Shown here piece by piece: positions 58,045 to 64,000 of a stretch of DNA of 64,000 nucleotides. The notes beneath the pieces were generated by a model that was not told where the DNA came from, did not search any database, and was given only the letters and a program-made list of their open reading frames with translations. The DNA is taken from the NCBI GenBank assembly GCA_964446685.1, contig CAYUPO010000003.1, positions 39,183 to 103,182 of the forward strand, written 5' to 3'. The DNA comes from an uncultured Gammaproteobacteria bacterium. Lineage in GTDB: Bacteria; Patescibacteriota; Microgenomatia; Daviesbacterales; UBA10151. The position numbers were made by a program, and so were the translations under genes. The first letter of the stretch is position 1; every line of letters begins with the position of its first letter.

Positions 58045-58288
58045 TCATTAATCATGTCAGCAGATTGTAAGCAAGTCAATACTCTCTAAATACTCTCTCG
58101 GACAAAGACTGGTAAGATTGCGCTAGGCATGATAAAATGTTCAAGCTGTGCGGGCGTAAAGCTTTGCGGGTTTGAATGTCTAAACGACATTCAAACGGGT
58201 GAAATACAATAATTCTAAAAATAAATTATTTTTCACCCCGGAAGAGCGCGCAGTGTAGTATAGGTTAACTTAAAGAATGTGTCTGTAA

Positions 58289-58363
58289 GGGCGCATAGCT
58301 CAGCGGTAGAGCGCGTCTCTGATAAAGACGAGGCCTTTGGTTCGACACCAAATGCGCCCACCA
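58289..58363 (+). tRNA. tRNA-Ile (anticodon GAU), CCA encoded
   Basis: GGGCGCA-TA-GCTC-AGCGGTAGA-GAGC-G-CGTCT-CTGATAA-AGACG-AGGCC-TTTGG-TTCGACA-CCAAA-TGCGCCC-A-CCA. Confidence 0.8.
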
Positions 58364-58383
58364 AAGAGACACATTCTTTAAAG

Positions 58384-58424
58384 AGGCCTTTGGTTCGACA
58401 CCAAATGCGCCCACATTTTTTTAA
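58384..58424 (+). repeat. Direct duplicate of the 3' 31 nt of tRNA-Ile followed by a T-tract
   Basis: 'GAGGCCTTTGGTTCGACACCAAATGCGCCCA' is repeated ~20 nt after the tRNA end, then CATTTTTTT. Confidence 0.7.
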
Positions 58425-59263
58425 GGCAAAATAATTTTTGATCTAGGTTTTTGTGATTTGATATTTGCAAAAAATTCCCTTAATTTTTCCACTTCTTCTT
58501 CTAAAGACTCAAAATGAAATCCGTTATTGAAACGGGTAACAAGATTTTTAATTGTTCCACCATTACTGATATCTATTACTGCCTCATAGCCCTTCTGTCC
58601 CCAATATCTAACAACTTCTTCCAGATTTACCTTTCTCACCATTGACCCAACCATCTCTTCTATTACTCCTTCAGCTGTGGTAATTTCCTTCATTTTTCCG
58701 GTAGACGGAATTATTGGTATTTTTGGATCTTTTATTTCAGTATTTTGTAGTATTTCTGAAAATTGTCTGGCTTCTTCTTCTCGTTCATCACTATGATATA
58801 TCCCTTCGGCTGTTAAATATCCTCTAAATCTTTTTCCGGCCTCATCTGCTAATAACCTTAACTCACGCATTGATCCTCCCAGAACATGAGCTCCAGGACC
58901 ATTATCATTTGTCCAGTCCAAACCGGGAAATTGGGCTAATAATTCTGAAATTTTATCCCGACTAGCCAAGATCACTGCCATTGCCGATCTCTCCTCTTCC
59001 GGTTTATTTTGCTCAGCTTTCCTGACTATATTAGCTCTTGTTTCTGCCAATTGAAATGCAACTTCACGCGGGAAAGCTCCTGCTATTGATGCACCAGCAA
59101 AAATCCCAAAACTATATGGAAAAATTGCGTCAGGTATAAATCCTGGGTTTATGCCTATTAATTGGTCATGTCTGGCAAATTGACTTCTTAAAATATCAGT
59201 TTCTGGCCTGATGGAAGATGTATGAATTATCCCTTGTCCAGCAATGGCCTCAATAGTTTTCAT
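58421..59263 (-). CDS. Hypothetical cytoplasmic protein
   Basis: 280-aa ORF with no motif recognised. Confidence 0.4.
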   Translation of the reverse strand: MKTIEAIAGQGIIHTSSIRPETDILRSQFARHDQLIGINPGFIPDAIFPYSFGIFAGASIAGAFPREVAFQLAETRANIVRKAEQNKPEEERSAMAVILASRDKISELLAQFPGLDWTNDNGPGAHVLGGSMRELRLLADEAGKRFRGYLTAEGIYHSDEREEEARQFSEILQNTEIKDPKIPIIPSTGKMKEITTAEGVIEEMVGSMVRKVNLEEVVRYWGQKGYEAVIDISNGGTIKNLVTRFNNGFHFESLEEEVEKLREFFANIKSQKPRSKIILP

Positions 59264-59427
59264 ACATAAAGTATACGCTAATTTTCATACCGAAGTTTTC
59301 GTGGTAGAATAGTCAGAGTTAAAGGAGGCTGGGTTAGCCCCTGTCGAATTGCACGCAATTCGCAGGCGATCTCGAAAACTTTTCTTGAAAGCTTCGCTTT
59401 CTATAAATAGAAGATGTTTTCTCCGAT

Positions 59428-59500
59428 GGTGCAGTGGTGAAGTGGAAACACTGGAGTCTGCAAAACTTCGATTGCGTGGGTTCGATTCCCACCTGCACCT
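59428..59500 (+). tRNA. tRNA-Cys (anticodon GCA), probable
   Basis: Acceptor GGTGCAG/CTGCACC. Anticodon stem GGAGT/ACTTC with loop CTGCAAA. T-arm GTGGG-TTCGATT-CCCAC. 3-bp D-stem. Confidence 0.6.
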
Positions 59501-59801
59501 CATTAGTAATCGAACCCATACCAGAGCTAGGGTTCGACTTTTTACGAAGTAAAAAGCAAGGTTCTGGCGAAGCCAGGTTCTTATTCTCGCCTGCACTCCA
59601 CACCTACATTAAGTAGTTCTTTAGAGAATGGAGTGCTATCGAAAAATCTATTTCGATAGTGACGTAATTCTCGCATGGACGAAGTCCATATTCCCACCTG
59701 CACCTCACAAAGTTAATCGAACTTGTTCTAAAGCGGATAATATAGATTCCCGATTTCTCGGGAATGACGGCGAGTCAGGGAGGGTAAATTGCTACAAATC
59801 T

Positions 59802-60614
59802 TTACTCAAACCAATCTCTTTCTATTTTCATTCTAATTAACTTTAGTGATACGCCTTCTTCATGAAACCGATGCCCTTTGGGAAATACTCTTTTAACCAC
59901 TTTTTTACTCCAGTTTTCTGAGGCCATAAAAATAAGTAACATCAGTGACAAACTGCCAAAAAGCGTGACAAAACTATAACTTGTGACCACTACAATCGGA
60001 TACTGGTAGATCTCCCCTACCAGTGGATTGGCATAATAAAAAAGTATGGCACTGGCAATCAGCGAAGAAACCAAACTGAAACTAATATGAGTGCTACGGA
60101 TGATCCCGATTGCCTGAATTACTCCGATAGCAACTCCAAAAGCTATGATCATCCAGGATGGAATTTGAGGCTGTAGAGCCGGATGGTTAATCTCTAAAAG
60201 AGCCAGAAAAAGTGAACCAAAAATAACACTTATAAATAACAGATTGTGCGAAAGTCCACCATGAAACTTTTCATTAACATCAAAAGTTGGGGAAGCGGAT
60301 TCTTTGTTTTTAACAAATGATTGATAGACACTGGTGGAAGTGGAATGGATGCCGTTGCCGACTGCAGCGATCATCAAAAAAAACACATAGGCCTGAAAAA
60401 GAAATCCACTGTCTAAATAAATATTCGCTACCTGTGGACGGTTCATGATCTCCATGCCCAAAGATAACATCAAAGAAAACATTATCGGACCAACTACCAG
60501 ATAATAAAGCTGAATAAAATAAAGCCCGCCGATGCTGATATCAGAAGTAAATCTCTTTTTATAGACTAATACCGCTGAAAGGCCGAGCAGAAACACTGCG
60601 ATCAGTGAATACAT
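59802..60614 (-). CDS. Polytopic membrane protein
   Basis: 270 aa with ~7 hydrophobic helices. Confidence 0.4.
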   Translation of the reverse strand: MYSLIAVFLLGLSAVLVYKKRFTSDISIGGLYFIQLYYLVVGPIMFSLMLSLGMEIMNRPQVANIYLDSGFLFQAYVFFLMIAAVGNGIHSTSTSVYQSFVKNKESASPTFDVNEKFHGGLSHNLLFISVIFGSLFLALLEINHPALQPQIPSWMIIAFGVAIGVIQAIGIIRSTHISFSLVSSLIASAILFYYANPLVGEIYQYPIVVVTSYSFVTLFGSLSLMLLIFMASENWSKKVVKRVFPKGHRFHEEGVSLKLIRMKIERDWFE

Positions 60615-60640
60615 ATATAAATATTGTACCAGATTGATAT

Positions 60641-60697
60641 CAGCTACCAGCTACCAGCTACCAGCTACCAGCTACCAGCTACCAGCTACCAGCTAAA
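60641..60697. repeat. Heptanucleotide tandem repeat (ACCAGCT)x8, 30-90 nt upstream of the start of 59802..60614
   Basis: Eight perfect tandem copies seen directly. Confidence 0.9.
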
Positions 60698-60704
60698 CAA
60701 TTAT

Positions 60705-60968
60705 CCCATTTGTCATTCTGGCTACATCATTAGATTTACCAGGAATTAACTATGCCTTAACAATATTTAGTCCAGAATCTTAACTTGGTTTGATTCTGGA
60801 CACTTCGACCAGGCTTCGACGATGAGCTCAGCCGAATCGCTCAGTGCATAGCAAGCCAGAATGACAGAAGATTCAAAGAGTAAGTCTATGGTTATAATCT
60901 GAGATCTCTCCACCCGTAGCACTTCGTGAAACGATGTGGACGGGTCACTCCTCGTTCGAGATGACACA
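60705..60968. mobile_element. MITE-like element, family 2, plus a family-1 half-site
   Basis: 'TTTGTCATTCTGGCT...AGCCAGAATGACAGAAG' inverted repeats ~140 nt apart. 'CTCCTCGTTCGAGATGACA' at 60945-60965. Confidence 0.45.
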
Positions 60969-61025
60969 AGAAATAATCCACTATTAATGATTGCTGAAAC
61001 AGCATTTTTTTAGTAGGGTATGTAG

Positions 61026-62240
61026 GTGATTCAAAAAATTACCCCTTTTTTACTTCTTAGTATTGTGGTGGCAGTACTTATTCATTTGGGAACATTTGTT
61101 CCCTACCGTGAACATCTTTTGTATGATGTCTCTGTTTATTATCAAAGATCACTTTATTTTTTTGATCATGCCAAGCTGACGGATGTCACCAATGAATATC
61201 TGCCGATGGCCTCACTCTTTTTTATCTCATTTTCTCCGGTATTTTTCTTTGGCAATTCTCTGGAGCTGTTTGAAAGGGTTTTTGTTTTAGGAAACGGAGC
61301 TTTACTGCTTCTGCTGGGCTTTTTGATTTACAAAGAAAAAGGGTCCAAAGCTCTTTTTTTGTTTAGCGGATTAGTCCTGGCGGCAGGTCCGATTGTACTC
61401 TACCGTTTTGAATTGCTGGTTATTTTAACCATGATTTTGGCAATACTCCGTTTTCAAAAAGGTGACTGGCTGACTTCCAGTATTTTTCTTAGTCTGGGAA
61501 CGCTGGTAAAACTGTATCCATTTTTGCTTTTGCCCTATTTTCTAATCCTGACTTTTCATAAAAATGGAATAAAACAGGCTTTTAAATATCTGGCGGTATT
61601 TATTCTTACTACTCTTGGAGGTATTTTAATTTATTTTTTTCTAACCCAAACCGGGATCAAAGAACTCTTGTTTAGCCTGGATTTTCATAAAGACAAACCT
61701 CTTGGACTGGAGAGTTCGATTGGTGGAATTACTCATCTAATGCAGTATTTACAAACCGGTCAGGCAGCACCAATTGTTGCCAGGCACAATACTTGGGGAG
61801 TTGATGATGCCTTTTTACTGCTACCAATGCCTATTTTGACATATCTTTGGACTATTCCTGTAACAGGAATCTATCTTTGGCTGCTTTTTTCAAAACAGCA
61901 AAAAGCCAGTTTTATATTTGTTATAACTTTTCTGACTAGTTTCTTTGTTTTTTCCAAACTGTTTACCCCTCAGTACTGGCTGTGGGTGCTTTTTTTGATG
62001 CCATTTCTGGAACTGAAAAAATCACTCCTCATCTGGTCAATGATTATTCTGGCGGTTCTGGCAACAGCCATTACCCAATTTATTTATCCGCTTCACTACT
62101 TTGATTTTCTGGGATATTTTTACAATCAGGATAAAAGATTTGAGTATTTATTTTGGATTTATCTGACGGAGATTTTTTGTATGATTGCTGCAGCTCTTAT
62201 TTCTATAATCTTACTTCTTAAGAGAAAAACCTGGAGTTAA
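61026..62240 (+). CDS. Polytopic membrane protein (possible GT-C-type glycosyltransferase; weak)
   Basis: 404 aa with 10 or more TM segments. Overall resemblance to DUF2029/ArnT-like topology only. Confidence 0.35.
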   Translation: MIQKITPFLLLSIVVAVLIHLGTFVPYREHLLYDVSVYYQRSLYFFDHAKLTDVTNEYLPMASLFFISFSPVFFFGNSLELFERVFVLGNGALLLLLGFLIYKEKGSKALFLFSGLVLAAGPIVLYRFELLVILTMILAILRFQKGDWLTSSIFLSLGTLVKLYPFLLLPYFLILTFHKNGIKQAFKYLAVFILTTLGGILIYFFLTQTGIKELLFSLDFHKDKPLGLESSIGGITHLMQYLQTGQAAPIVARHNTWGVDDAFLLLPMPILTYLWTIPVTGIYLWLLFSKQQKASFIFVITFLTSFFVFSKLFTPQYWLWVLFLMPFLELKKSLLIWSMIILAVLATAITQFIYPLHYFDFLGYFYNQDKRFEYLFWIYLTEIFCMIAAALISIILLLKRKTWS

Positions 62241-62263
62241 ACATAAGACTTAAAAATTAAATT

Positions 62264-63172
62264 CTAAGCATTGGAAGATCCATCACGACTTGTTGGCATC
62301 AGAGGCAAAACAGGCTCTTTAGACTTTTCCGGAGGTTGAACACCTTTAGTGGGATCGGCCATAGCTAATTCAGTTTTACTGCTGTTAGGATTCATCATCG
62401 GGGTTACAGGAGGTTCTTCTTTCTGGGGAACTGGTAAACTACCATCTGTAATCGAATTCGGATTAGCATTTGCCAGAACATATGAAGGATCCCGGGGCAC
62501 CATAGGGAGCACATCTTCCCCATTTGGGCCTAATTGATTGCCATCAATACGAAGTGAAGGTTGTTCTGATGGTCCAGTCGGCTCATCAGGATTTTCTGGC
62601 ATTTCCTGTTTAGCCATTATATCCGTATCATTATCTTGCATCATTGGCAATATATCTTCCCTATTTGGACCTTTAGCATTACCATCTACATACAGTGGTT
62701 TTGTTTCATCTTGGGTATCCGAATCTCCTGAATCTGAACTACCACCATCCTCATCTTTTGTGGGAGCATTTTTAACATAAAAATTATTTAAGTCAACGGG
62801 ATCAGCCGGAACACCATCTGGTCTATCTTGCGTTTGTCTTTCTTTTAACTCATCTACAATAACTGGATTATTCGAATCATTTACCTCCTGATTTGGAAGC
62901 ATAACATCAGGTGCTTGACGGGAAGAGGCATCAAACATAGTTTTTGAGGGATCACCAGAAGTAGGTTTTTCTCCGGAAATGGCTGAATTTGGAGCAGCAT
63001 CAACAGGTTGTGCTGTAGCTGCAACCATTGCCCCACCCATGAACAAAGATGAAGCTTTTCTGAGTACATTTTTCCAAGCTGATTTAGTATCCGGTGTTTT
63101 GTCGGTTGACTGTGTGTCAGCTTGAGTAGCCCTTGGGCTTTCTGCCTTGTCCATAAGATGACAGTAGCTCAT
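62264..63172 (-). CDS. Secreted low-complexity protein with 'GPN(G/R)EDILPM' repeats
   Basis: Repeats 'LYVDGNAKGPNREDILPMMQD' and 'LRIDGNQLGPNGEDVLPMVPR'. Shared with the next gene. Confidence 0.4.
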   Translation of the reverse strand: MSYCHLMDKAESPRATQADTQSTDKTPDTKSAWKNVLRKASSLFMGGAMVAATAQPVDAAPNSAISGEKPTSGDPSKTMFDASSRQAPDVMLPNQEVNDSNNPVIVDELKERQTQDRPDGVPADPVDLNNFYVKNAPTKDEDGGSSDSGDSDTQDETKPLYVDGNAKGPNREDILPMMQDNDTDIMAKQEMPENPDEPTGPSEQPSLRIDGNQLGPNGEDVLPMVPRDPSYVLANANPNSITDGSLPVPQKEEPPVTPMMNPNSSKTELAMADPTKGVQPPEKSKEPVLPLMPTSRDGSSNA

Positions 63173-63222
63173 AAAACTATAAGAGTCAAGTAAGGATGTT
63201 ACAGGATAATATTAGAATACAT

Positions 63223-63759
63223 TTATCCTGCCGAAGTACCCTTGTCTGCAATAGTACTTGGATTTACAGGCTTCATCATTGGCAGTATATCTTCACCATT
63301 TTCACCATATTTATTTCCATCTGTTCCAGCAGAATGAGGCTTTACTTCATTTTTTTTGTCTTTTGAAGTAACCTGCTCATCAGTTAAAGGAGGGACTTCT
63401 GCAGCTGGGGCATAGACTGGCTTTGCCTGTCCATAGGAATCCCAATTTGGCGGCATCCCATTATTTTCTTCACCTTCCCCATCGGGAATTGTTGTAGGAA
63501 CCGGAGAAACGCTCGGTGCGGCTTCTGTCTGATTTCGGCCAGATTGTGACGAAGCAAGTCCTGCACCAAGCCCGAGAGCTGCTAAAGCCCCTCCCATTAA
63601 TTTTAACAATCCACGTCTGGAGGGTCTTGTTGAAGTGGCCGCTTCAGGTGAGCTTGCAGATGTATCAATTTTATTTCTTGCATCAGCCATACTTTTCAAA
63701 GCTGATTGTTGATCAGGTGACAATATTCCCGGTGGTCGTGAATCTCTAATTTCAGTCAT
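63223..63759 (-). CDS. Secreted protein with twin-arginine-like signal and 'GENGEDILPMMKP' repeat
   Basis: 'SRRGLLKLMGGALAALGLGAG' resembles a Tat signal. Paralogue of 62264..63172. Confidence 0.4.
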   Translation of the reverse strand: MTEIRDSRPPGILSPDQQSALKSMADARNKIDTSASSPEAATSTRPSRRGLLKLMGGALAALGLGAGLASSQSGRNQTEAAPSVSPVPTTIPDGEGEENNGMPPNWDSYGQAKPVYAPAAEVPPLTDEQVTSKDKKNEVKPHSAGTDGNKYGENGEDILPMMKPVNPSTIADKGTSAG

Positions 63760-64000
63760 ACAAACACACTATCTTAAGTCAAATTAACCGTCAAGTAATA
63801 TAAATCTTGGCCTAACAATATACAAAAAATCCCCCGTGAGGAGGATTGTCGCAATACGCAATACGCAATACGCAATAAAATTATTATACATCTCTTTTTG
63901 CGTGTCTCGTGTTGCGGCTATTTATATTCAAAACAGTGGTGGGATTAGTGATGATTTTTAAGTGTCATCAACACTTTCGACTACCATTCAATAGTCTTCG

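Noticed and set aside
59285-59840. Four overlapping small ORFs (59285..59596, 59334..59603, 59349..59552, 59434..59616, 59628..59840)
   Set aside because: They overlap tRNA-Cys and the hairpin-rich spacer. There is no consistent coding frame.

Overview
This is a low-GC (~38%) bacterial window, and its gene content fits a small-genome, surface-decorated lineage. The content is compatible with Candidate Phyla Radiation (CPR)/Patescibacteria, but that placement is inference only. About 50 genes could be supported. Housekeeping genes are rpsA, alr, gap, pgk, fabF, pyrB, an RlmI-like rRNA methyltransferase, and a phosphoribosyltransferase-domain protein. There is an rRNA locus on the minus strand that has come apart. 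The 23S gene (7324..11258) carries two group I introns. One sits at the E. coli-equivalent site 1931 and has textbook R/S core elements. The other sits at site 2500 and has a P1 U·G pair. A tRNA-Ala(UGC) and a tRNA-fragment lie upstream of the 23S gene. A terminator lies directly after it. The 5S gene (3276..3388) lies 3.9 kb away across three protein genes. No 16S gene is present. Separate tRNA-Ile(GAU) and tRNA-Cys(GCA) loci each carry a duplicated tRNA 3' end. The largest part of the window is accessory surface or secretome DNA. It holds a type IV pilin, and at least six proteins that combine an N-terminal membrane anchor with a cohesin-like domain and, in four of them, C-terminal type-I dockerin repeats. 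One of these also carries a canonical thrombospondin type-1 repeat. There are two paralogous multi-TM PAS histidine-kinase-like proteins. There is also a cluster of Cys-rich secreted paralogues. The most striking locus is a 4822-aa secreted giant protein (28464..42932, minus strand). It has five N-terminal 'CENGWTF..GGDAGD' repeats, a long helical central region, a degenerate Fic motif and an intact Fic motif (HPYGDVNGRLSR). Its C-terminal region matches the R-S-E ADP-ribosyltransferase signature (LYRGG ... GTSNY ... GEQEVLIPGG). An ADP-ribosylglycohydrolase gene follows immediately on the same strand. That gene is interrupted by a single in-frame TAG. The pair looks like a toxin with an immunity or reversal partner. 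Intergenic DNA is dense with heptanucleotide tandem repeats, the longest being (ACCAGCT)x8 just upstream of a gene start. It also holds two families of palindromic MITE-like elements and two families of ~120-nt inverted-repeat elements.
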